A DNA stretch of 12,130 nucleotides from Myxococcota bacterium (GTDB lineage Bacteria > Myxococcota_A > UBA796 > CAJQPC01): contig JAZAMN010000066.1 in the NCBI GenBank assembly GCA_036229005.1, positions 1 to 12,130 on the forward strand. The letters run 5' to 3'. A program made the position numbers and the translations under genes. The notes below the pieces were generated by a model. It searched no databases, was not told where the DNA came from, and worked only from the letters and a program-made list of their open reading frames with translations. Each line of letters begins with the position of its first letter. Position 1 is the stretch's first letter. Shown piece after piece: positions 1-8,047 of this stretch.

Positions 1-45
1 GGATCCGGGGGCGGGGGCTGCTGCCGGACTCGCATCGTGAGCCGG

Positions 46-339
46 TCAGCCCTCGCGGCGACTCCAGTTCGTCGGGTTGCGCCGCAGGTGGACAACCCCG
101 GCGACGATGATGTCCTGTTCGCGCACCCGGTAGAGCAACGCGAATGGGAAGCGTCGCAAGAGCGCACGGCGGAGCTCTCCCCGGATGACCGGGTACATCT
201 CTGGGTTCTCTTCGATGAAGTCGAGGGTGGACTCGACCGCCTGGATGAACTCGTGACCCAGCCCCTCTCGCTGCTCTTCGTACCAGGAGACGGCATGCAG
301 GTACTCGTCCTCCGCCTCCGGACGAAAGCGGAGGGTCAC
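46..339 (-). CDS. Type II toxin, RelE/ParE family (97 aa, GTG start)
   Basis: Translation MTLRFRPEAEDEYLHAVSWYEEQREGLGHEF...RRALLRRFPFALLYRV...IVAGVVHLRRNP matches the ParE-like pattern (A..E...A..WY...GLG..F; RR..L.RFP...Y; V.H..R.P). The start overlaps the antitoxin stop (GTGA, 339-336). Confidence 0.9.
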   Translation of the reverse strand: MTLRFRPEAEDEYLHAVSWYEEQREGLGHEFIQAVESTLDFIEENPEMYPVIRGELRRALLRRFPFALLYRVREQDIIVAGVVHLRRNPTNWSRREG

Positions 340-563
340 TTGAGCGCTGCGGTCACGCGGGCGCGAACCTGTTCCCGGGTCCGGTGTGTGCTCGGGGCCC
401 TGTCACCCTCGGCGAGGCGACGCTCGGCCTCGGCGATCTGCTGGTCCGAGACCAGATCTGCCTTGTCGGGGTCGGCGATGCGGTCCCACAGAGCTTGGGC
501 GAGCTCCAGCTGCTCAGCGGGGGGGAGGCGATCGAATTCGCTGAGTCGGCGAGGGTCAACCAT
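336..563 (-). CDS. Putative addiction-module antitoxin (TIGR02574-like), 75 aa
   Basis: From ATG at 563: LPPAEQLELAQALWDRI...QIAEAERRL...TREQVRAR fits the L..E+.EL...LW.S....E..RR pattern of this family. It lies directly upstream of the ParE-like toxin with a 4-nt overlap. The start is shortened relative to the ORF track (605). Confidence 0.85.
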   Translation of the reverse strand: MVDPRRLSEFDRLPPAEQLELAQALWDRIADPDKADLVSDQQIAEAERRLAEGDRAPSTHRTREQVRARVTAALK

Positions 564-595
564 GGACGAAATATAGCAGGGCCTCGGGCCCCTAT
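564..595 (-). promoter_or_regulatory. Extended -10 promoter (TGcTATATT) for the TA operon, probably giving a leaderless mRNA, with an adjacent GC-rich palindrome
   Basis: Minus strand reads ...aggggcccgaggccc-TGC-TATATT-tcgtcc-ATG. The -10 is at 575-570, with 6 nt before the ATG at 563 and no SD. GGGCC-tcg-GGCCC lies at 579-591. Confidence 0.55.
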
Positions 596-619
596 GCACT
601 CTCAAACAGCCCCCATGGC

Positions 620-649
620 GAGAGGCGCGCCCCTCCAGGCGCGCCCCCC
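620..649 (-). terminator. GC-rich hairpin just downstream of the ADH gene
   Basis: Minus strand ggggggcgcgcc-tggagg-ggcgcgcctctc forms a 12-bp stem with G.U pairs, 8 nt after the ADH stop. There is no U-tract. Confidence 0.35.
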
Positions 650-657
650 CAAAGACC

Positions 658-1707
658 TCAGAGGTGCGGCGCGACCACGGCCCGGGCGCTCAGGGTGCCG
701 TCCACCAGCTTCTGGTAGGCGTCCAGAGCGCGGTTCATCTCGAAGACCTCGACGTCGGGCTTGATGAGGCCGGCGCGGTAGAGGCCCACGACCTCGTGGA
801 GGTCCTGGATGGTGCCCCAGTAGGTGCTGGTCACCTCCGCCTCGTAGGGCATCCCGAAGAAGCTCCACTGCATGGTGCCGCCGGCGATGCCGACCACGGT
901 GATGCGGCCCTTCTGGGCGACGGTCTGCTGCGCGAGGCTCAGGGTGGGGGTGACGCCCACGAAGTCGAAGATGGCGTCCACGCCGCGTCCGTCGGTGAGG
1001 TCGCGGATCTGGGCGGCCTGGTCGGGGCCGCCGGGCACGGTCTCGGCGCCGAAGTCCTTGGCGCGCTGCATGGCCTCGGGCTTGAGGTCGGTGGCGATGA
1101 TCTTGGCACCGGTCATGGCGCCCAGCATCTGGGTGGCCACCTGGCCCAGGCCGCCCAGGCCGATGACCAGGGCGCTCTTGTTGCCGCCGGTCAGGCGGGG
1201 CATGGCCAGCTTGATGGCGTGGTAGGGGGTCAGCCCCGCGTCGGAGAGGGGAGCGGCCACGACGGGGTCTGAGTCACCCAGGGGCACCAGGTTGCGCGCG
1301 GGCACGACCATGTACTCGGCCATGCCGCCGTCCCGTCCCAGGCCCATGCCCAGGTACCCGACGTCGGCGGGGTGGTTGCAATAGGTGTCCTGGCCGATGG
1401 AGCAGGAGACGCAGTGGCCGCAGCCCACGGGGCCGTAGACCAGGTAGGCCTCGCCAAGCTTGATGCCGCGCACGCCCTCGCCGACGGCCTCGACCCATCC
1501 GGAGTTCTCGTGGCCCAGGGTGTAGCTGGGGCCCAGCAAGGGGGCGACGGGGGCGTTCTCGTCGAACTCGTGGAAGATGGCCACGTCCGAGTGGCAGGCG
1601 CCGGCGCCGGCGACCTTGAGCAGCACCTCTCCGGGGCCGGGCTTGGGCCGCTCGACCTCCTCGATCACGGGGAAGGTCTTCCAGGCGTTGAATCGGACCG
1701 CTTTCAT
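658..1707 (-). CDS. Zn-dependent NAD-dependent (secondary) alcohol dehydrogenase, MDR family, 349 aa
   Basis: ATG at 1707 with AGGAG SD upstream. Motifs are GACHSD, LGHE, structural Zn CGHCVSC...YC, SDAGLTPYHA (Asp as third Zn ligand), GLGGLG Rossmann followed by Asp (TDL, NAD preference), FDFVG and YWGT. Confidence 0.93.
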   Translation of the reverse strand: MKAVRFNAWKTFPVIEEVERPKPGPGEVLLKVAGAGACHSDVAIFHEFDENAPVAPLLGPSYTLGHENSGWVEAVGEGVRGIKLGEAYLVYGPVGCGHCVSCSIGQDTYCNHPADVGYLGMGLGRDGGMAEYMVVPARNLVPLGDSDPVVAAPLSDAGLTPYHAIKLAMPRLTGGNKSALVIGLGGLGQVATQMLGAMTGAKIIATDLKPEAMQRAKDFGAETVPGGPDQAAQIRDLTDGRGVDAIFDFVGVTPTLSLAQQTVAQKGRITVVGIAGGTMQWSFFGMPYEAEVTSTYWGTIQDLHEVVGLYRAGLIKPDVEVFEMNRALDAYQKLVDGTLSARAVVAPHL

Positions 1708-1861
1708 GGGGTCTCCTGTTGTGTGCACAGAGATCGTGACCCGGCCGCGGGTCCAGGGGCAGGGCAGCATCTGGGACAGTCCGGTGCAGAGCTGGCCTTC
1801 GCCGACCCATGCACCCCATTTGCACCGCCGGCCCGGCCACCGCACCGTTAGAGCGCGCTCC

Positions 1862-3628
1862 ATGCGCGCAAACCTCAAGATGGCCGCCCTGCTGGGCATC
1901 ACCGCCGGGACCCTGGAGTTCCTGCTGCGTACCGACGCCCGGCTGGGCTTCGGGTTCTTCGACCAGCTCCTCTTCTGCCTGCTGGCCGTCGCCGCAAACC
2001 TTGCGGTGGCCTTGCCGGCCGGGATCCTGGCGTCCGCCGTCCAGAGGCTGCCCTACGTCGGGAAGCGCCCGGTTGGCCTCGTTCTCGGGAGCCTGTTGGG
2101 TCTGCATGTCGCGCTGCACTACCGATTCCAGGTGGTGTTGAACGAGTCTCTGCGCTCCCCAGCCCTCCTCGCCGGCCTCTTCGGGCTCTTCGCGGGCTCC
2201 CTGCTCTTCGGCCTCACGCTGCACCGGCACGTCGCCCCCCGCATCAAGTGGCTGGTCGCCGTCGCGCTCTTCGCGTTCTGGGGCGGGTTCGTGCGCGGGC
2301 TGCCCACCGGCCCGGCCCAGGAGGTCGAGGGCCCCAACGTGCTCCTCATCACCTGGGACACCACCCGGCCCGACCGCCTCAGCGCCTACGGCGGTCCCGC
2401 CCAGACCCCCACGCTCGACCGCCTCGTCGCCGAGGGCACCCGCTTCGACCAGGCCGTCGCCCCTGCGCCCCTGACCGAGCCCAGCCACCTGGCCATCCTC
2501 AGCGGCCAGCGCACGACCACCACCGGCGTGCTCTCCAACGGCACCCCCCTGGGGGAGCAGCCCCGGATGCTGCAGCGGGCCTTCGCTGAGCGCGGCTACC
2601 GCTCGGGCGCGGTGGTCTCCGGCTTCCCGCTGCACTCCCGCTACGGCTGGTCCGAGGGCTGGGACGTCTACGACGACGACTTCGGCGCCATCGCCGGGCT
2701 CCACCGCCTGTCCCTGGTCAAGCTGATCGACGAGATCGTGCTCCCCGCCAACACCCTGCGCGAGCGCCGCGGCACCATCGCCGTCGACCGGGCCCTGACC
2801 TTCCTCTCCCGTCACGAGAAGGGGCGCTGGTTCCTGTGGGTGCACTTCTTCGACCCCCACGCCCCCTACGAGGCCCGCCCCATCACGGACGCGCCCACCG
2901 ACGGCGAGCCCCTGGCCCTGCCCGGCTACTGGCCGCCCCCCCACAAGGCCATCACCGACGCGGACTACCTGACGGCCGCCTACGACGCCGAGCTGGAGCA
3001 CACCGACGCCCTCACCGGGGAGCTGATCGCCTGGCTGGAGGTCCACGGTCTCCTCGACGACACCCTGATCGTCATGACGGCCGACCACGGCGAGTCCCTG
3101 ACGGAGCACGGCGTGCTGTTCGATCACGGCGATGACCTCTTCGACCCCTCCCTGCGCGTCCCGCTGATCCTGCGCGGCCCCGGGGTGCCCGCCGGAACCA
3201 CCCAGCCCTGCCAGCTGTCCACCATCGACATCGCCCCCACCCTGGAGCACCTGGTGCCGCTGATCGCCGTCGAGCGCGACGGGCAGTCCTTCCAGCCCTG
3301 GCTGAGCGGGGCCCCCTGCGAGGATCGCCCCGTGCTCTCCAGCACCATCGGCGCCCGCTTCGTCGAGGAGCCCCCCGTGGACCTGTCCCTGCGCCAGCCG
3401 GAGTCCAAGTACATCCGCAAGGGGCAGGAGAGGGGAGAGGCGCTCTACGACCTGGTCTCCGATCCGGGTGAAACGCGGGACATCTCGGCCCAGGTACCCG
3501 AGGTCGTCGATGCCGCCAGCGAGGCCATGGACGCCGTGTTGGACGGTCAGCCCATCCAGGCGCGCGAGCAGGCGATGGACGCCGAGACCCTGCAGGCGCT
3601 CCAGGCCCTGGGCTACATGGGGGACTGA
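1862..3628 (+). CDS. Membrane-anchored sulfatase-like hydrolase/transferase (alkaline phosphatase superfamily), about 588 aa
   Basis: Likely start ATG 1862 (the ORF-track start overlaps ADH). About 5 N-terminal hydrophobic helices, then PNVLLITWDTTRPD, PLTEPSH, HFFDPHAPY, TADHGE, LYDL..DPGE and C-terminal LQALGY. Confidence 0.88.
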   Translation: MRANLKMAALLGITAGTLEFLLRTDARLGFGFFDQLLFCLLAVAANLAVALPAGILASAVQRLPYVGKRPVGLVLGSLLGLHVALHYRFQVVLNESLRSPALLAGLFGLFAGSLLFGLTLHRHVAPRIKWLVAVALFAFWGGFVRGLPTGPAQEVEGPNVLLITWDTTRPDRLSAYGGPAQTPTLDRLVAEGTRFDQAVAPAPLTEPSHLAILSGQRTTTTGVLSNGTPLGEQPRMLQRAFAERGYRSGAVVSGFPLHSRYGWSEGWDVYDDDFGAIAGLHRLSLVKLIDEIVLPANTLRERRGTIAVDRALTFLSRHEKGRWFLWVHFFDPHAPYEARPITDAPTDGEPLALPGYWPPPHKAITDADYLTAAYDAELEHTDALTGELIAWLEVHGLLDDTLIVMTADHGESLTEHGVLFDHGDDLFDPSLRVPLILRGPGVPAGTTQPCQLSTIDIAPTLEHLVPLIAVERDGQSFQPWLSGAPCEDRPVLSSTIGARFVEEPPVDLSLRQPESKYIRKGQERGEALYDLVSDPGETRDISAQVPEVVDAASEAMDAVLDGQPIQAREQAMDAETLQALQALGYMGD

Positions 3629-5563
3629 ATGGAAGCTCTCCGCGCCCCAAACCGCCGCTGGCTCCGCGCCATCCAGCTCGCCTTCGGGATGGGCTGGCTC
3701 GCTGGCGCCTTCGAGATGGTCGAGATGGCCTCCACCATGACGCTGTCCCTGAGCCTGGGGCAGTCCATGCTCCTGGGCGTCGGGGCCTCGGTCGCGGGGG
3801 CCCTGGTCGGGATGGCCGTCGCCTTGCCCGTGGGGCTGGTCTTCCAGCGCGTCGCCCGGGACTACGCCGACTCGGTCTTCATCTCGATGGCCATGTCCGC
3901 CACCGCCTTCTTCCTGTCTGGCTTCTACCTGTGGCACGCCGCCGGGAACCTGCTGGAGATGGAGCGCCTGCCTTCAGCCCTGGCCATGGCGGCCTGCCCC
4001 ATCGGCGTCGCCGGCGTGGTCTGGTTCAACGCCGGCTACTGGGGCCGCCGCGAGGAGCTCGGCGCCGAGTCCAAGCTGGGCTGGACGGGGTTCGCCATCC
4101 TGGCCGCGCTGCTGGTCGACCTGGGCGCCGGCTGGTCCATCTCCAGCCAGCAGTACGGCAGCTCCCGGGCGCTCCAGGGCGATCCCAACGTCCTGCTCAT
4201 CACCCTGGACACCACGCGGCGCGACCACATCTCCGCCTACCCCGACGCCAAGGCCCACACGCCCAACCTGGAGGCCCTGGCCCAGGACGGCGTGCTCTTC
4301 CTGGACGCCGTCACCCCGCTGCCCGAGACCACCCCCAGCCACGCCAGCATGTTCACCGCGCTGCACCCGCTGCGCCACGGGGTCCTCTCCAACGCAGACA
4401 CCCTCAAGGGCGGCCACACCACCGTCGCCGAGCGCCTGGAGGCCGAGGGCTACGCCACCGGCGCCTTCCTCTCCTCCTTCGCGGTCAACCAGCGCACCGG
4501 CCTGGACCAGGGCTTCCAGGTCTACGACGACGACTTCGTCCCTGGGGCCCGCGGCTTCTCCCGCATCCTGCTCTTCCAGCACGCCCTCAAGGTGCTCATG
4601 GCCACCGGCCAGCCCCACAAGGTGCCCTGGATGCTGGAGCGGCCCGGCGACCAGACCGTGGACCTCGCCAGCGCCTGGATCCACGATCAGGGGGAGCAAC
4701 CCTGGTTCGCGTGGGTGCACCTCTTCGACCCCCACGCACCCTATGAGGGCGCCGACGCCACCGTCGATCACCGCGCCCTCCTCTCCGACCCCAGCCACGC
4801 CTTCACGGACGCCGAGGTCACCGAGCTGCGCCGCCTCTACAAGCTCGAGGTCGAGCACACCGACGCCCTGGTCGGTCAGCTCCTGGCCGCCCTGGACGCG
4901 AGCGGGGGCACCGAGCGCACCCTGGTCATCGTCGTCGGCGACCACGGCGAGATGCTGGGCGAGCACGACATCCACTTCCACCACCACGGCCTCTACGACG
5001 AGGTCATCCGCGTCCCGCTCATCCTGCGCTACCCGCCCCTCAAGCGGCACGTCTCGGTCATCCCCCAGCAGGTGCGGGTCATCGACATCGCGCCCACCAT
5101 CCTCAAGACCATCAAGCTGGATCCCTTCGACCCCACCGAGGGCGCCGAGCTGTTGGGCTACGCCAAGGGCATCCGCAAGAAGTCCCTCGTCCTGGATCTC
5201 GTGGGCCGAGAGGGTCCTGCGCTGGGCAAGGGTTGTCTGGCCGGCCTCCGGACAGCCTCGAAGCAGGCGCCAACCTCGATACCGGATGGCGCACGCGAGG
5301 ACACCCTGCCGCCGACCGCTCAAGACACCGAGACGGAGCTGCGCGTGAAGGCCATCTTCCACGCGGACGGCGCGCCCCCCGAGTTCTACAACCTGGAGAC
5401 GGACCCCCTGGAGCAGGACAACCTGGCCGCCCAGCAGACCGGCGCCGTCAGCGCCGCTCAGGCCCGCGCCGAGTTCTCCCTCAAGGAGATGAACTGCGAG
5501 CAGGTCGAGCTCCCCGCCTGGGAGCAGGAGGCCCTCAAGTCCCTGGGCTACGTGGAGGACTGA
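3629..5563 (+). CDS. Second membrane-anchored sulfatase-like hydrolase/transferase, 644 aa
   Basis: ATG abuts the previous TGA (TGAATG). N-terminal TM helices, then PNVLLITLDTTRRD, PETTPSH, HLFDPHAPY, GDHGE, FYNL..DPLE and C-terminal LKSLGY. Clear paralog of the upstream gene. Confidence 0.9.
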   Translation: MEALRAPNRRWLRAIQLAFGMGWLAGAFEMVEMASTMTLSLSLGQSMLLGVGASVAGALVGMAVALPVGLVFQRVARDYADSVFISMAMSATAFFLSGFYLWHAAGNLLEMERLPSALAMAACPIGVAGVVWFNAGYWGRREELGAESKLGWTGFAILAALLVDLGAGWSISSQQYGSSRALQGDPNVLLITLDTTRRDHISAYPDAKAHTPNLEALAQDGVLFLDAVTPLPETTPSHASMFTALHPLRHGVLSNADTLKGGHTTVAERLEAEGYATGAFLSSFAVNQRTGLDQGFQVYDDDFVPGARGFSRILLFQHALKVLMATGQPHKVPWMLERPGDQTVDLASAWIHDQGEQPWFAWVHLFDPHAPYEGADATVDHRALLSDPSHAFTDAEVTELRRLYKLEVEHTDALVGQLLAALDASGGTERTLVIVVGDHGEMLGEHDIHFHHHGLYDEVIRVPLILRYPPLKRHVSVIPQQVRVIDIAPTILKTIKLDPFDPTEGAELLGYAKGIRKKSLVLDLVGREGPALGKGCLAGLRTASKQAPTSIPDGAREDTLPPTAQDTETELRVKAIFHADGAPPEFYNLETDPLEQDNLAAQQTGAVSAAQARAEFSLKEMNCEQVELPAWEQEALKSLGYVED

Positions 5564-7896
5564 TGCGCGGCCCCGCAAAGCAGGCCTGGGCCTGGCTGGC
5601 GGGCACCCTCGCGGTCGCGGGACTACCCGGCCTCCCCGTGCTCTGGGGCCGCATCTGGCTGGCCCACGATCTGCGCCACCACACCCTCCCGTGGCGCGAC
5701 TGGGCCGTCCGCACCTGGGCCGCCGGCGAACTCCCCCTCTGGACCCAGCAGATGGGCCTGGGCTTCCCCCTGATGGCCGACGGCCAGACCGGCGTCTTCT
5801 ACCTGCCCGTGGTCCTGCTGGGCCTGATCTTCGCCCCCGAGCACGCCCTCTCCCTGAGCCTCTGGCTGCACACCCTCTGGGCCGCATTGGGCGCCTGGGT
5901 GCTCGCCCGCAGCACCGGCCGCAGCCTGCCCGCCGCCTCCTTCGCGGCCCTGGCCTTCGCGCTGGGGGGCTTCCTGGTCGGCCGCCTGACCTACGCCGGG
6001 ATGCAGCACGTCGCGGCCACCTTCCCGTGGCTGATCTGGGCGGCCCTGCGCCTGCACCGCCCCAGCCTGTCACGCGCCCTGACCTTCGGCCTCTTCGTCG
6101 CGATGGTGCTCACCGCCGGCCACCCCCAGCTTGGGGTCATCGCCTTGGTGGGCGCCCTGATCGCCTGGCTGTCCCGGCGCCTCCCCAGTCCCAGGTCCGC
6201 CGCGCTGTCCGGACTGGGCGCAGCCGTGGGGCTCGCTGCCGCCGCACCTCAACTGGCCGCGAGCCTCGAGCTGTCCCGGTACTCCGCGCGCGCAGGGGGT
6301 GTGGACGCAGCCTTCGCGGGCATCGGATCCCTCCCTCCCTGGGAGCTGATCAACCTGCTGCTGCCGCGCTTCTGGGGCTGGGAGCCGCCGGCCAGCATCC
6401 CGCTCTCCTACACGCACAAGGGTCCGGCCTACTTCGGCACCGGCGAGACCCACTGGGACGGCCTGATCCTGGTCGGCGGGCTGGTCTTGGGCCTGGCGCT
6501 CGCGGGGCTCCCCAAGTCCTGGCGCAGCGGACGCCTCCCCAAGCTGTGGTTGGGCCTGACGCTGGGCGGTCTGGTGCTGATGCTGGGCCGCTACACCCCC
6601 GTCTACGGCCTGGTCCACTGCCTGCCGGGCCTGTCCTTCTTCCGCTTCCCGGTCCGCTACGCGCTGTGGGTCTCGCTGGCCCTCCCGATGCTGGGCGCCT
6701 GGGCCCTGGACCGCGTGGATCGCGCCAAGGCCGCCCGCCTGCTGGGCATCTGCGCTGCCGCCCTCCTGGTCGGTGGCCTGCTCGGTCGCCTGGCGCTGCC
6801 GCTGCTCGAGCCCATGCTCATGCCCCGCCTGCTCCCGGCCGTGGGTCCCGACCGCGCCGAGGCCCTGCTCGCCGGCATGCGCTTCAACGGCAGCCTGGGC
6901 CTGATCCTCCCCGTCGGCGTCGCTGGCCTGGGGGCATGGGCGCTGCACAAGGGCCAGTGGCGGGCGCTCCCCGGTTTGCTCGCTGTCGAGCTGATCGTCG
7001 GTCTGTGGGGCTACAACCGCCTGCAGCCGGTGGACCAGGCCCTCCCCAGCCCCCAGGTCCTGGCCCAGCTCCCCGAGGGGATGGAGCGGATCGCGGTGGT
7101 CGACCGGGTGCAGCCCACCGCTCTGGAACGGGATCTGCTGCCCGCCAGCCTCTCGACCTTCTACGGCGCCAGCGAGGTGATCGTGCTGTCGCCCCTGCGC
7201 ATGCCCGGCCACGAGGAGCTGCTCAACGCCGCGGGCCTGGACGTGGGCATGGATCACGGGCCGGGCAAGGCCCAGGATGCGGTGGCTCGGGTCGATCTGG
7301 TGCGGCTCTGGGGGGTCTCCCGGCTGCTCACGATCCACGAGCTGGGCGCGCCCTATGCGCTGCTCACCGAGACCGACCTGGGGGTCAAGGTCTACGAGAC
7401 CCCGGGGGCCTTCGAGCGCGCGTGGTTCGTGGACTGCGCGGTGGACTCGGGCAGCCTGTCCTCGCTGGCGCTGGGATCCCAGGTGTTGATGGACCAGGCC
7501 GGGGGGCCCTGCGTTGGGGGACAGGGCTCCGTGCGCATCACAGCCCTCTCCGACCGGGAGCTGGAGCTGGAGGTCGACGCGCCGAGCGCGGGCTGGGTGG
7601 TGATCTCGCAGACCTGGTACCCGGGCTGGGTGGCGTGGGATGCGTCGGCCCCTGACACCCGCGTCCCTGTGCGACGCGCGGACCAGACCCTGCAGGCGGT
7701 GCCGGTGGGGCAGGGGAGTCAGGTGATCCGGATGCGCTACCAGCCGGCGTGGGCCTGGACCCTCTGGGTGGCGCTCGGGGCGGGGATCCTGCTGGGGGTA
7801 CACCTGCTGAGTACAGCGATCCGAAAAGGAATCTCACAGATCCGAGGACGCCGCCGTACAGTGTCGGTGTCCAATGGCGCGACAGGGATGTCGTGA
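5563..7896 (+). CDS. YfhO-family multi-pass membrane protein (GT-C-type glycosyltransferase), 777 aa
   Basis: ATG 5563 overlaps the previous stop (TGATG) with GGAGG upstream. N-terminal D....P......GELPLW.....G.P..AD.Q.GVFY, AGHPQ, FRFPVR, many TM helices, and C-terminal VVISQTWYPGW.A...AV.V..G...I.MRY.P, which is typical of YfhO. Confidence 0.85.
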   Translation: MRGPAKQAWAWLAGTLAVAGLPGLPVLWGRIWLAHDLRHHTLPWRDWAVRTWAAGELPLWTQQMGLGFPLMADGQTGVFYLPVVLLGLIFAPEHALSLSLWLHTLWAALGAWVLARSTGRSLPAASFAALAFALGGFLVGRLTYAGMQHVAATFPWLIWAALRLHRPSLSRALTFGLFVAMVLTAGHPQLGVIALVGALIAWLSRRLPSPRSAALSGLGAAVGLAAAAPQLAASLELSRYSARAGGVDAAFAGIGSLPPWELINLLLPRFWGWEPPASIPLSYTHKGPAYFGTGETHWDGLILVGGLVLGLALAGLPKSWRSGRLPKLWLGLTLGGLVLMLGRYTPVYGLVHCLPGLSFFRFPVRYALWVSLALPMLGAWALDRVDRAKAARLLGICAAALLVGGLLGRLALPLLEPMLMPRLLPAVGPDRAEALLAGMRFNGSLGLILPVGVAGLGAWALHKGQWRALPGLLAVELIVGLWGYNRLQPVDQALPSPQVLAQLPEGMERIAVVDRVQPTALERDLLPASLSTFYGASEVIVLSPLRMPGHEELLNAAGLDVGMDHGPGKAQDAVARVDLVRLWGVSRLLTIHELGAPYALLTETDLGVKVYETPGAFERAWFVDCAVDSGSLSSLALGSQVLMDQAGGPCVGGQGSVRITALSDRELELEVDAPSAGWVVISQTWYPGWVAWDASAPDTRVPVRRADQTLQAVPVGQGSQVIRMRYQPAWAWTLWVALGAGILLGVHLLSTAIRKGISQIRGRRRTVSVSNGATGMS

Positions 7897-7946
7897 CTTC
7901 TGGAGAGGTCTCCGCGAGGACCTGCGCCCGACGGGCACTCCAGAGC

Positions 7947-7962
7947 TGGCACGGTGCTTGCT
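7947..7962 (+). promoter_or_regulatory. Sigma-54 (-24/-12) promoter
   Basis: TGGCACggtgcTTGCT matches consensus TGGCAC-N5-TTGCW exactly (GG 7948-49, GC 7960-61), 86 nt upstream of the lipoprotein start. Confidence 0.85.
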
Positions 7963-7970
7963 TCCTGTCT

Positions 7971-8009
7971 CAACACAGCTCGCAGCAACACAGCTCGTCT
8001 CAACACAGC
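7971..8009 (+). repeat. Three CAACACAGC repeats with exact 15-bp period in the predicted 5' UTR
   Basis: caacacagc at 7971, 7986 and 8001. Confidence 0.85.
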
Positions 8010-8047
8010 AACTGACCCAAACGCCACCCAACCCACCCGGAGCTCCC

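Noticed and set aside
1577..1902. ORF-track N-terminal extensions of ADH and sulfatase 1 (similarly 5233, 7874, 9409 and 11649 starts)
   Set aside because: They overlap neighbouring genes or promoters. Downstream ATGs with SD, signal peptide, coupling or domain start fit better.
1274..7803. Very long alternative ORFs (1274-3937 -, 3974-6073 -, 6070-7803 -, 5691-7655 +)
   Set aside because: Shadow frames of high-GC3 genes. They have no motifs, are R/G/P/A-rich or show antisense-codon composition, and overlap well-supported genes.
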